From Setoptus koraiensis (lineage: Eukaryota; Animalia; Arthropoda), in NCBI GenBank assembly GCA_048013815.1, contig CM106586.1, forward strand, positions 23,312,001 to 23,376,000: a stretch of DNA of 64,000 nt, written 5' to 3'. Each line of letters begins with the position of its first letter. The first letter of the stretch is position 1. A model generated the notes under the pieces. That model was given only the letters and a program-made list of their open reading frames with translations, ran no database searches and was not told the origin of the DNA. The position numbers were made by a program, and so were the translations under genes. Below, in pieces: positions 48,101 through 58,793 of the stretch.

Positions 48101-49147
48101 ATGGATAAATCAACAATAAATGAGCAAGAATTAGTCACTGATTGCGGTTCATTGGCCGCCAGAGAATGGAATAGCGACAAGTTAGGCAATAAACGGATCC
48201 TATTATTGCATGATCTGTTCGATAATAGCGGTGTGTTTGATTTATTAGTGCCCAAGTTGCAACACCAAAGTGGCCTACACATTGTAGCGCTTGATTTACC
48301 TGGTCATGGTCGCTCTCATGGTTTGCCAGTGGGTTCAATGTACTTGGACACAACAATGGTATATGCTATTAGAAAATTTGTTAAATTTATCGGCTGGCAT
48401 CAGACGGATGCATCAGATCAACAGAAGGTTGCTTCGAGTGACACTATTGATAAATTCACCATAATAGGCCACGGCGAGGGAGCGGGCCTAGCATTATTTT
48501 ATGCAAGATTGTTTCCACAAGACGTTGTGCAAATAATATCACTGGATTTTGTTAGATTGCAGATTAGTGAGTGCCGTAATCTATTGAGAGATACCGCAAC
48601 GAAAATAGAGCAAACAGTTGACATTAAGATGTCAGTTGTACGAAAGAAAAAAGAAGCAAGCTTACAATCAAACAAGTTCGAAATGGGGCCGGATATAAAT
48701 AGCAATTATAAATCAGTTCCATATGAAGATGGTGTTAAAATGACCATCGCCAATTGTTCGGTGCCAGGTGATTTGAGCGCTGAACAGGCGGCCCTGTTGG
48801 TTCGTCGTGAAAATCAGAATCCGTCTCTGTCTTCTAAGGGCGATTGCATAACAATCAAGAAGGACTATCGATTAGCTAACTATATAAACGTGAGAACTTT
48901 TGTAGAATCAACAGCAAATAATTCTGCCGTTGGTTTACAATGTCACTTGCTAGTGATTCTAGCACGGAATGGGCGCCACAAAGATGGCAAGGATCTCGAC
49001 GATCTAGAAGCTTATGTCGAAGATTATAAGAAGCATTGTGCATCGTTCGAGATAACTTGGCTGGAGGACGCGGATCACTTCTTTCCGATCAAAGAATCCA
49101 AAGAAACAGCCCGGATTATAAATCAAGCATTGAAAGTTGATTGTTAA
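48101..49147 (+). CDS. Serine hydrolase-like (SERHL/kraken-type) alpha/beta hydrolase lacking the nucleophile Ser
   Basis: Motifs RILLLHDLFDNSGVFDLL, VALDLPGHGRS, FTIIGHGEGAGL (expected GHSxG) and C-terminal DHFF. Confidence 0.8.
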   Translation: MDKSTINEQELVTDCGSLAAREWNSDKLGNKRILLLHDLFDNSGVFDLLVPKLQHQSGLHIVALDLPGHGRSHGLPVGSMYLDTTMVYAIRKFVKFIGWHQTDASDQQKVASSDTIDKFTIIGHGEGAGLALFYARLFPQDVVQIISLDFVRLQISECRNLLRDTATKIEQTVDIKMSVVRKKKEASLQSNKFEMGPDINSNYKSVPYEDGVKMTIANCSVPGDLSAEQAALLVRRENQNPSLSSKGDCITIKKDYRLANYINVRTFVESTANNSAVGLQCHLLVILARNGRHKDGKDLDDLEAYVEDYKKHCASFEITWLEDADHFFPIKESKETARIINQALKVDC

Positions 49148-49721
49148 ATTGGGAAAAGAGTCTATTATCACAATCATGGATTTCTTGCACGAAAGAAAGA
49201 TTTTTGCAGCGTATCTCTGTCGGTTGTATACATATACAATAAATTTGAGTGTAAAACCTGAACGAAGCAACCTTTTTCCCCGTTGTGTGACAATCTCTAT
49301 ATCAGCGAAACCTACTTGTATTATTGCAACTGTGTCCGCTTATATTGCTATTTATGAATAGATAAAGGAACTTGATCTATAAGAGATACATTAGTGGCTA
49401 TTGTAGTGATTCTGTCCTGGCGTCGATTGCAGAACAGATTTTCTCAAGAAGCGTTAGTTCTTAACGAGGAATTCCACTCTCCGGTCGCCGGCGTTTCGGG
49501 CCATGTCTCTTTTTAAGAGACGCAGTCGATCTCTTTTGGTCAGCCGAACTTATAATGGAGTGTACTCTCGCTGCTCTCTTCGCCGGCTGCACTGATTTGT
49601 GTGAAGCACCTAAACTGATAACTGAAGGCAACTTGCTTGGTTTCTTCGCAGGGTCCGTCGACTTGTCCGAATTGACAGCTATATCTGGAGATGTTGTAGC
49701 GCCCTGCATGGGGCCTTTTCA

Positions 49722-50330
49722 TCAGCTTTGCATAGATGAAAAATTCAAATAATGCGACATTAAGGGCATTTGGCGCCGATATGAAGATGATTGATTCCTA
49801 GGGGGCACTAGCATATCCGAATCTTGCTGCATCGCAACGAAAAATGTGCATGCCAATAGCGCAGCTATGAATGCAGAACCAAAGAATGAGTGAGCATAGG
49901 TTATGTTGCAATTTTTTATTTTTGACACGAAACTTGTTGGAACATCCGGTCTTGGAATACATTTTTGAATATCGATTAAAAAGCGAAGACTGAAAGTTGT
50001 TGAGAAAGTAATAGTATGATTAATTTGAGTCAGTGGGATTATAATTGTTATGCAATCGTGCAGAGACTAAATTCAAACGAACCTCAAATCTCGTACTTGT
50101 ATGTAAAGGCAGTGATGCCGGTGACGAGCCCGAAAATGTAACGCATGTAATGCAGAAGATCAGTTGACGAAAGTCAGAAATGTGTGTCTCGTGCACGCAC
50201 TACTAATTGCGTTTCCCTGTTTCAAGCCTATCGAGTTGGTCGCAAATCTGTCAAACAGTGCTTGTTTGACAGATTTGCAGACGTCTGAGCAGAGGCAATC
50301 AACTTGATTGGAATCATTCTCATCGCTATA
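49722..50330 (-). pseudogene. Relic seventh paralog (G) of the orphan membrane-protein family: 5' end, upstream region and a C-cap fragment
   Basis: TYAHSFFGSAFIAALLACTFFVAMQQDSD…NQSSSYRRQ matches the paralog N-termini. The upstream block 49990-50195 is homologous. gcaatcaacttgattggaatca at ~50297 is the DSNQVDC codons. Confidence 0.8.
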
Positions 50331-52060
50331 TGTGTTGAAAAGTTGATAAAACTGTTAAATGAGTGCAAACACACCCCCAGAAACAGCCCTTTTTGCACAT
50401 CCTTTGAATTTGTGTGATTAAATATTTATACACAAACTGGAAAGCAGCGAGCAGCTCCGATGAGGCTCGTGAAGTGCGAGCCGGAAAACATGTAATGCAG
50501 ACGATCGGTTGAATAGGATGATAGGAGATAAATGTACATGTACAATGTATATTCCGCCAGAGTTGTGGGATAAACACCTACAATACTCTCGCCTGATACA
50601 GCCTGTAGCATTTACTCATTAATAGTGAGCATGTGGGTAGTTCTCGTCACTGACGATTTGCCAAAAATGTCATCCAAAAGATCGGAGAAGAATGAAAAAT
50701 ACATGAGCATCGATTTCGATTTCCTGTACTATCCGCTTCCTATTATTCACCGAATCGCACCACTGAGGCTAGTTGATTGGAAACTTGAACAAATCTGTTG
50801 AAAGAGTTTTAATTACTTTTATAAAAACTGGAAGTTCGAGAGGAAGTTGTCATTGATTTGCCGTCTTTTATACACGCTGTAGAATCACGAAGCGATAACG
50901 ATTATTACTAAATGATGAAGTTACAAATTACAGTCTGAGTTGATCGCAGAATATAATTATCGCCGAGAACTTATAACTCGCTGCTTAAATCTACTCAGAT
51001 TCAGTTTTCATGAGATCAAAACGTCAGATTTTTCGGTTTCTTCGGTTTTTACCAGTCAAGATCGGCGACCAGGGGTGAAGCAGCCCTCTCTACGACCTCC
51101 TAGGTCGTAGAAAGGGGCAAGGAGTCGGGAGCTCTCCATGAGGGGGACACCGCTTCACCTCCCGAAGATTCACCAACTGACCCTCTCAGTCGACTCCTAG
51201 TTGAATCATGTTTTCAGAGAGATCATGGACGAATACTTCATTTTTTTCGGTTTTGATGACAGAAAAGGTCGAAGTTCGGTGTTTTGTTCGTGGAAACGAA
51301 TGGGGCTCAAGAGACGACGAATCTAGATAGCTCTCGAAATTATAGAGAATACGAAATTATAGAGATTTGCCATCACCGATAAGATTTCGGTTATCAACCG
51401 ATTTTGTTCTCCTTAATACATGCAATTATAATCGAATGCATGCGTGGTTTATTTATTAATATCATGAATACGAGAACTTAACTGTTGTGCTTGTCTTATA
51501 TCTGATACACTAAAGATATATCAATAAATCATCAACAAGACAATACTGATTTCTCTGTGTCTAAACTGCAATCACTGTTTGATCTGCATCCGTAAGCTAG
51601 TGTGTCGAGATAATGTTACAGTTGTAACTAACTCAGCAACCGTTGTAGCGGTTGGGAGAAGCGGCACAAGAAATATGATGATATCAAGACAAAATGAATC
51701 ACAAAAAAAAAACTTGTTATCCGAACAAGCAAAGTTACACGGACTTGTATTTACTAATTGAAAATTATCAGTCATGATTGCGTGAGATAACAGGCAGATT
51801 TCAAGATTTTTTTTATCTGTTGAGATATCCATCTCAAGAAATAGCGAGGAAATAATAGAATAAGAGCATGGGTTCGTTTATTTCTTATAATTTATTCACA
51901 TAGCCCATACCTGATTTGCAGCGCCATACATTATATTTAGCCCCTCCAAAAATCCGCTGTTCATCAACGAGCCATCAGAGCTATTATCGCTGATTATATT
52001 ATATTTTGAACTGAATAATTGGTGATATTGAAGATAAGCTGTTCAATTTACCGAACAGTC

Positions 52061-54853
52061 ATGCGACTAACATTATTGGTCATCACCTACATTTTATTGA
52101 GCATTGACATTCTTGTCGGTGGCTCACAAAGATCAGATCAGATCATCAGAAATATCCTAATGCAACAGATTGAATTAATTAGACACGGCCCCATTGGCAG
52201 GTCAGAAAATTGCTCGAGTTGCCCGTCGATCAGCAACAAGGTTAAACGCAATACAGCGGAATCCTCACATCCAATACGCAACAATAGTGAGACTAGTAAT
52301 CGAATAATTAGAGCTTCCAAGTCACGATCACAGAAATCTGTGAGCTTATATGATCAAGATACAGATTTTGTTAGCATTATCAGCGGTTTGCAACAATTTG
52401 AAAAGATAATCTATGAAGATCAATTGAAGCATCTAAACATGGTCCAATTTTATATGGCCACTTGTCCCGATTGTCAAGGATTCGCGCCGTATTTCAAATT
52501 GTTTTCTAGGGATATAAAAAAATGGAACAACATGATTAAAGTGCACACAATCAATTGTAATGACGACAGAAATATTCAGGTATGTCGTGATCATAATCCA
52601 AATATTCTGGTTCCCACAGTTCGATGGTACACATTTGGTAAGATAATGCGCATGTATAAAGATCAATTTCTAAAATCATCCAAAGATGCAGGAATCCCAA
52701 CTACTCCTACCAAACAGGACATTACTAACAACTCAGCAGTATCAGTAACAACAAATCAAAAACTCATTCCAATGCTAACGGTATCACACAGAGAATGGAT
52801 AAAAGATGCGCTCCGGGATCCAAACTCCCTGAAACACGGAACAATAGACTTCATTAATAAGATACTATACGACATAAACCAGGAAAACAATGATCTGTCT
52901 TCAGTGCGAGATCAGCTTTCTATTGAGTGGCTCCTATTGCCGAAGATAAACAAATTTGAATATATTGATGAATACTCGAAATTTATTAGCAACATTACCA
53001 ACACTCACACTTACTCAACTTGCAGTGACCACTCGGAAAGTCCTTCAAAAGATGAATTAAAGGTCATGCTGAAAGAGAGGGACGGTTTGATCAAACCAAA
53101 TCAATCTAATGATTCTCATTTGATTATAATCATCGACAATGATTTCGAAAATGAAATGGACGCTTATGTGGGCAGTACAATAGTGTTAGATTGGTCCAAG
53201 TATTTCGCTTGTAGTAATCGCCTAAAAGTAACCCATTCTAACAATCAAAAACTATTACAACAATTAATTTGGCTCAGTCTAAGTTTGGATGCTGGTCAAG
53301 TTTTTCCTGTAGACCTTCAACAAAAATTGCCCGCTTTATTCCATTTACAATACTATAGGAATGATAACAAAGAAGGTGTCATTAGTCTTCCATTATCTTG
53401 TAAGTTATTAGATCACAAAGATACCATACAAAAACATATATCATCAAAACGTAGATCAATTAATTGGAATCCAAGTTTGTATCCTCATGAAGAAGGGCTT
53501 CGATACAATTTCACTAAGAAAATATCGGACGCTATCTTAGAGAAGGCAGCGCCTTCGCTGGAATTAGATGAATCCGTTCTGTCTGAGGCAACTAGGCACA
53601 CAACGACACCAGCGCCAGTCCTATTGCCTAATGAGGGCGATGACAAGAACCCATTGCTACTCACTGATTACTACAAAATATTGTATCATATTCTCGAGAG
53701 GGATATTTGGCGCAAAAAAAATCTTGATGGCTACCAAACATTGGCTATCGCACGTCTAATTGAAGATCTGAAACGATATTTCCCATTTGAGGTTGCCAAC
53801 AGAGAAACATCAAAGATTTACATGTATATTGATGAAATGCAGCAGTTATTGCTCAATGAATTGAGTGTTGCCGTAAGATCTGTTCATTCCGACATTGATA
53901 TTGTTGCACAAAAAGATTATATAATAAGTGGAAATGGGCACAATGATAGTCATAAGTTATTGTACAAGGAATTCATGCAAAAAATTCAATTCGAATCAAT
54001 ATCTTTAGACTCAAGTTATCTTGAGCAACAAGTACTCAAGTTACAAACCAAGCGTAATATATCCTTGGAGAAAGCTGAGACTTTCAATTGGAAATATTGT
54101 TCAGGTAGCAGTGACACTTATCGGGGTTATACATGTGGCCTGTGGATATTGTTTCATACAATGCTGAGCGAAGAACATAATCACTATGAGAGTTTACTTA
54201 ATGTATCTGGCCACCATTTGCGTGCTAGATCGGTGCTTGGCACGCATGAGATGCAAATGGATCAGTGTAAGACTGACCTGCCTGAATCTGATCTATTGAC
54301 CATGAGTTCAAAACAAAAATTTGTTGATCATCGGAGCGTGCTAGCGACTATTATTAATTATGTGAGAAATTTCTTCAATTGTAACGATTGTGCCGCGCAT
54401 TTTAATTGTATGGTTCGCGAATCCATTCTAGCAGGTAGATTGAAGTTCTATGATGGTCCAAACAATGACAACCAACTAGACGAGAGCATTGATCATAATT
54501 TATGGTTTTGGGAGGCTCATAACAAAGTGAACGTTCGCACCAAAGGTACACATTCCGAAGATCCCGAACACCCCAAGAAAATAGTACCCAGCTATGAGGT
54601 GTGTCCTGAGTGTTACTTAGACAAGGCGCAGGTTGTGGTTGGCAACAATTCAGTTGGCGGCTTAGATAGATTTAATCTAGATAATCACGGTGAAAATATC
54701 GTCGGTTTCCTTGATAGTCGCTATAAAAGAGAGTTCATTGTTCACAACAATATCAACATAGAGAACAAGTTCATTGGCAAGCCCAGTAGACAGCCCGTAG
54801 TAACGTCTGGTGAACCAGACACCCCGCAACAATTTCTATCAGGACAGCAATAA
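52061..54853 (+). CDS. QSOX: Quiescin sulfhydryl oxidase, intronless; probable start MRLTLL at 52061
   Basis: Signal peptide; Trx domain VQFYMATCPDCQGFAP and INC…C. ERV domain GYTCGLWILFH, FFNCNDCAAHF, LWFWEAHNKVN and CPEC. No C-terminal TM seen. Confidence 0.92.
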   Translation: MRLTLLVITYILLSIDILVGGSQRSDQIIRNILMQQIELIRHGPIGRSENCSSCPSISNKVKRNTAESSHPIRNNSETSNRIIRASKSRSQKSVSLYDQDTDFVSIISGLQQFEKIIYEDQLKHLNMVQFYMATCPDCQGFAPYFKLFSRDIKKWNNMIKVHTINCNDDRNIQVCRDHNPNILVPTVRWYTFGKIMRMYKDQFLKSSKDAGIPTTPTKQDITNNSAVSVTTNQKLIPMLTVSHREWIKDALRDPNSLKHGTIDFINKILYDINQENNDLSSVRDQLSIEWLLLPKINKFEYIDEYSKFISNITNTHTYSTCSDHSESPSKDELKVMLKERDGLIKPNQSNDSHLIIIIDNDFENEMDAYVGSTIVLDWSKYFACSNRLKVTHSNNQKLLQQLIWLSLSLDAGQVFPVDLQQKLPALFHLQYYRNDNKEGVISLPLSCKLLDHKDTIQKHISSKRRSINWNPSLYPHEEGLRYNFTKKISDAILEKAAPSLELDESVLSEATRHTTTPAPVLLPNEGDDKNPLLLTDYYKILYHILERDIWRKKNLDGYQTLAIARLIEDLKRYFPFEVANRETSKIYMYIDEMQQLLLNELSVAVRSVHSDIDIVAQKDYIISGNGHNDSHKLLYKEFMQKIQFESISLDSSYLEQQVLKLQTKRNISLEKAETFNWKYCSGSSDTYRGYTCGLWILFHTMLSEEHNHYESLLNVSGHHLRARSVLGTHEMQMDQCKTDLPESDLLTMSSKQKFVDHRSVLATIINYVRNFFNCNDCAAHFNCMVRESILAGRLKFYDGPNNDNQLDESIDHNLWFWEAHNKVNVRTKGTHSEDPEHPKKIVPSYEVCPECYLDKAQVVVGNNSVGGLDRFNLDNHGENIVGFLDSRYKREFIVHNNINIENKFIGKPSRQPVVTSGEPDTPQQFLSGQQ

Positions 54854-56184
54854 AAAACCTTGATACGATATGTCCTCTTGATATATTGTGCGTCGGCGCT
54901 GTGGCATAGTGTGTCGTTGTGACATTTCGAGTGAAAACCCGGTACCTATCGGCAGTGGTGCAAACAGTTTATTCATTTATTTTTATTTTTTTTCTTTAAT
55001 TTTTCCAATTTTCCATATAGCGCGCGGTCGTTGATTTTTCTTGTTTATCGATGTCCGAAGATTAACAGGGTAAGGTTAAAAAGATCCTATTCCGGTGAAT
55101 CCAAAAACCTTGTTAACTTTCGATGCGCTTTTCACGCGCGGCGCCCCTTTTCCGTTCCACCACAGAACAGTGCCGATTCTAGGTCGTTTTTGTATCTATG
55201 CCTATTTTATGAAATATTAATAAAATATCAAACGAAGAAAAAATTCGGAGGGTTGCGCTGTCTGCGAAACACCGGAAAAAAATAGCGCACTACGAGCAGC
55301 AATTTTTGGGGCTTGTCACGTTCCTTTTTTTTATACATTTGTATTCCATGAAAAAGGCGTCGATACCAAAAATTTCCTCTATCGCGACTCTTCATGGTGG
55401 AACAAAGCCTGAAAAGGTAAACCTCCTGAAAATGACGCTCGGATCTGCCAAACTACTGTTTTATCTTGTTGCGAAAATTCATAGAAGTAAGAAAACACTA
55501 TTCAAAAATCCACGTTTTTTGGTAATCCTGAGAAAAGCGGATAATTCACGGGCGCATATCCCCTCTATTTTGTATGATAGCTAACGCACTAATTTTGAAA
55601 CAGAAAAACTTTGAAAAACATTGAAAAAACCTGCGCGCATCCAATAGTAAATCACATATAAGGCGCGTATGAATTCATGAAAATTGAAGACGAAAACCAA
55701 GAATATCGCAAAAAGTATGCGACTTGTGAGTTTATGATTAGTGTTTTCTCTCTCCTCGTAATCTGAGGAGTTCATAGATACCATCTTTGGTGCATAGGCG
55801 TGTAGTCGAGAAAGAGGTTTACCTTGTGAGTCGAAATTCCCCTCTGACTATATCCTATATTTGAAAATTGAAGGCAATCGAGAAAAAAAAATGGGACAAC
55901 CCCTTCAGGACTATTCGCGAATGAAGCTGATACGGATATTCACGCTTTTGTGTGCGAAAAGCTTTTGAATATTTGCACAGGCACAACGAGCATAGGGCTT
56001 ATGAAAGGACTGAGCGCGGAGCTGATTCGCGTGGACTATTCCACTCGAGGCTATTAACTGATTAATTAATTGGCTATCATAAGTGACAAATGTTGGTTGC
56101 CATACCGGGCTAATTATCTAGATTGACGATGCGATGCAATTGTCGATCGAATAGATTTGAATTGTCGTTAGTGGTGGAGCCCAG

Positions 56185-57306
56185 GTGGTGATGGCAGCAA
56201 CAAAATCAACAAACAAATCAACTAGCAAATCAAAGAGCAACACTAAATATCAGACAGCAGCCAATTTTAGTTCTAATCCTCAAATACCAATACCTCTACC
56301 ACCCATGGATCCCGTTAATTTGCCTGGCAAAGCGATAGCTGAATCTAGTAAACCATCGCGACGGCGCACATTAGAAACCACTAGACGATGGCACAAAAAT
56401 TGCTTATTAATTGTTACCGATGCTGCCAGTGGTTTTATCAGACACTTTTGTATATTTGTAATGCGTCGCTTCATCAAATATCATCAACAATGTCAACATG
56501 ACGATTTTAAAATGGTATTAATTGTGGTGACGAAGAAGACAACAAGCGAATTGGAGAGATTGCAATCGACATTACCTAAGAGTATTACTATGCACAAAAT
56601 TGAAATGGCCGATTGTAATGATATTAAATCATTTGAGACATTAGAGAAATTATTACAAAAATTAGCGCCCACATTTAATACATTACGCGATCAAGTGATA
56701 TTAGTTCATGGACCAGGCAAATTAGTGACGCATATATTAAACAGAGCAACTAGTGAAACAAGTGCAAATGATTTATCGACATTGCAAACACTGTTCAGTG
56801 AATGTGTGACTAATATTATCCGTTTAACGGCGCTCTTTCTAAAGACATTCCCAATAAGAACTGTCAACAGGAAAATAATCAATATAAATCCGTCATTTAA
56901 GGCGCGACAATGGCCCGACATGCCGGTCTCAATAGGCGACAACGATGATAAAGTCAAAGATGTAAATAGAGTGGTCAGAACTAGAACCATGAAAGGAACC
57001 TCACTGATGGTCACAGCCAAGGCGGCCAGAGAGGCTTTTTTGGCTCACGTTGCCGGCGAAGATGAGACAACGTGGTGCATTAGTTACGACCCAAGTGCCT
57101 ATCTTCTTTTTTCAGCCGAATATCTAACTCAAGAGGGAATTGTTAAAAAACCCGATGTGCTCAAAGAGGCGCTAAGGCTTATACTTAGGTCTAGTCTGAC
57201 TAGATTGCTCTTATTGATCGAAGAGGAATCATTAGATTCTGGCACAAGTTATGTCTTCGATGACCATTGGGCTCACGATCTAAACAAATATAAACATATT
57301 CTTTAG
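56185..57306 (+). CDS. Degenerate sepiapterin-reductase-like short-chain dehydrogenase
   Basis: LLIVTDAASGFIR (Rossmann-like), IININ, and AKAAREAFLAHVAGEDE..CISYDP resembling the SPR GKAARDMLF.VLA.EE…VLSYAPG. The catalytic Tyr position is Met. Start is likely ATG 56191 or 56194. Confidence 0.55.
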   Translation: MVMAATKSTNKSTSKSKSNTKYQTAANFSSNPQIPIPLPPMDPVNLPGKAIAESSKPSRRRTLETTRRWHKNCLLIVTDAASGFIRHFCIFVMRRFIKYHQQCQHDDFKMVLIVVTKKTTSELERLQSTLPKSITMHKIEMADCNDIKSFETLEKLLQKLAPTFNTLRDQVILVHGPGKLVTHILNRATSETSANDLSTLQTLFSECVTNIIRLTALFLKTFPIRTVNRKIININPSFKARQWPDMPVSIGDNDDKVKDVNRVVRTRTMKGTSLMVTAKAAREAFLAHVAGEDETTWCISYDPSAYLLFSAEYLTQEGIVKKPDVLKEALRLILRSSLTRLLLLIEEESLDSGTSYVFDDHWAHDLNKYKHIL

Positions 57307-57860
57307 AATGTGAATAAGCGCTATATACCCATCAAATGAAGGAATGGTGTCTCAACGGGGAGTGGGTCTCCGAACAAAGTTGATCATTCAAAATTGATTG
57401 GACTCATATCTATTTTTTCTGGTAGTGTTTTGTTTTGTTACTGTTCTCTGGCGTGAGAGACATTCTTCATGCTGAAGAACAGTGGTGCAAAATGTGTTCT
57501 CGTTCAAGATGCGAGAGCTAGACCTCTAGTCGACGTTTCGCAATATATATATATATATATACTACTCACAGTGATAAATGTACGCAATGCATCACAACTG
57601 CATCTATCAAATTTGAGTAGTTAGTCCGAGGCCATTCTGTTTGTCTGGAAAATTTGAGCGCGCGACTCGATTTAATCTGATGTTTGTTTTTCTCCATATT
57701 TTCCATAATTTGCTTGCTCTACAAGTTTGACACAAAAAGGCTCCCAAGCTCAACAGCATGAAAGTGAGCCAATTTCATTCCAATCAAGGTCGACACAAGC
57801 TCAAAAGATTGCCATGCATCATTAATAGTTGTTATTGTTGAACGTAGCAAAGGAAATATT

Positions 57861-58793
57861 ATGACTTCATTCGGAGATTTTTTCAGCAATACAGACAATA
57901 TAATAATAATAGGTGTTGTCTGCTTAATGCTCCTGATTCTTTGTACCTGTTGTATTTGTTGTTGTAGAAGCGACGAGGATAAACCAGTTCTTTCCGATAC
58001 ATTGGCAAGAGAGGGTGTTACAACTAGTTTAATTCTTGACGCAACTCCCTCAGTATTGGTTCAAGCCGGCCTAGCGCGTCCCTCGGAACTTGTACCAGGC
58101 CAGCAACAACAGAATGAAGGTGGTAGTCAAATTCAGCAGTCATCAGCTACATCTGGACCAACCTATAGCCAACAAACGAGTTCAATAGTACCAAGGTCAA
58201 GCCAACAAGCGAGTTCAATAATACCAAGGTCTAGCCAACAAATGAGTTCGGGAATATCAAGATCAAGCCAACAGCAGTCGTCCTACGCTAGCTCACGCCC
58301 TAGTGGCCGTCCGGCCATTATTATGGCCGATAATTTAAGTCAGATGCCCAGCGATGTGTTGGGCCAAGAACAGAAACCGTTAGTGCAAATATTAAAGGCA
58401 CAAGATAAGCAATTGAAAAGGAAAGTGAAATCATTGGAACGTCAACAAGAACAAATGAGAAATACTTATGGCAGGCCATCGTCACCCAAACAGTTAAGTT
58501 CAGTGAGTCAGCAAAACCCTCTGCCGCTTTCCTCTCAACGAAGCACACCTCAGACTATATTTTCGCAATCTGCTAGAACACAAGCGGGCTCTACTAGTGG
58601 CCCAATATCTAGCATAAAACAGCGCAGCCAGTTCTCTAAGGCTACTCCTAGCTCGCCCTCGCCAATTGTACAATCTGGCTCGGCCGCACCACCGCTCCCC
58701 CCACCTTCTGGCGCCCAAACGTCCTTCTCGAATAAAGCCAACAAAATTCGAAAGGTGCCCAGCGACAATATGTCGACCTCAATGAAACCATGA
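57861..58793 (+). CDS. Orphan single-pass membrane protein with Cys-rich juxtamembrane cluster and Ser/Gln/Pro-rich disordered tail
   Basis: 310 aa ORF; TM IIIIGVVCLMLLIL followed by CTCCICCCR, and a coiled-coil-like ILKAQDKQLKRKVKSLERQQEQMR. Confidence 0.7.
   Translation: MTSFGDFFSNTDNIIIIGVVCLMLLILCTCCICCCRSDEDKPVLSDTLAREGVTTSLILDATPSVLVQAGLARPSELVPGQQQQNEGGSQIQQSSATSGPTYSQQTSSIVPRSSQQASSIIPRSSQQMSSGISRSSQQQSSYASSRPSGRPAIIMADNLSQMPSDVLGQEQKPLVQILKAQDKQLKRKVKSLERQQEQMRNTYGRPSSPKQLSSVSQQNPLPLSSQRSTPQTIFSQSARTQAGSTSGPISSIKQRSQFSKATPSSPSPIVQSGSAAPPLPPPSGAQTSFSNKANKIRKVPSDNMSTSMKP
58167..58277 (+). repeat. 33-bp coding repeat (SQQxSSxxxRS) x3 plus a partial unit
   Basis: agccaaca recurs at 58167, 58200, 58233 and 58266. 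Confidence 0.85.

Noticed and set aside
50242-50290. Hairpin plus CTGA as a Helitron 3' end
   Set aside because: The following base is G rather than T, and no 5' TC end or Rep/helicase remnant was found.
51067-51085. CCAGG…GAAGCAGC resemblance to the SRP RNA helix 8 motif
   Set aside because: The apical stem-loop is missing, and no Alu or S domain is recognisable.
55030-55860. CG-rich repetitive-looking intergenic region with a 12-bp inverted match (aaggtaaacctc / gaggtttacctt)
   Set aside because: The match is too short, with no extended arms, TSD or coding remnant.
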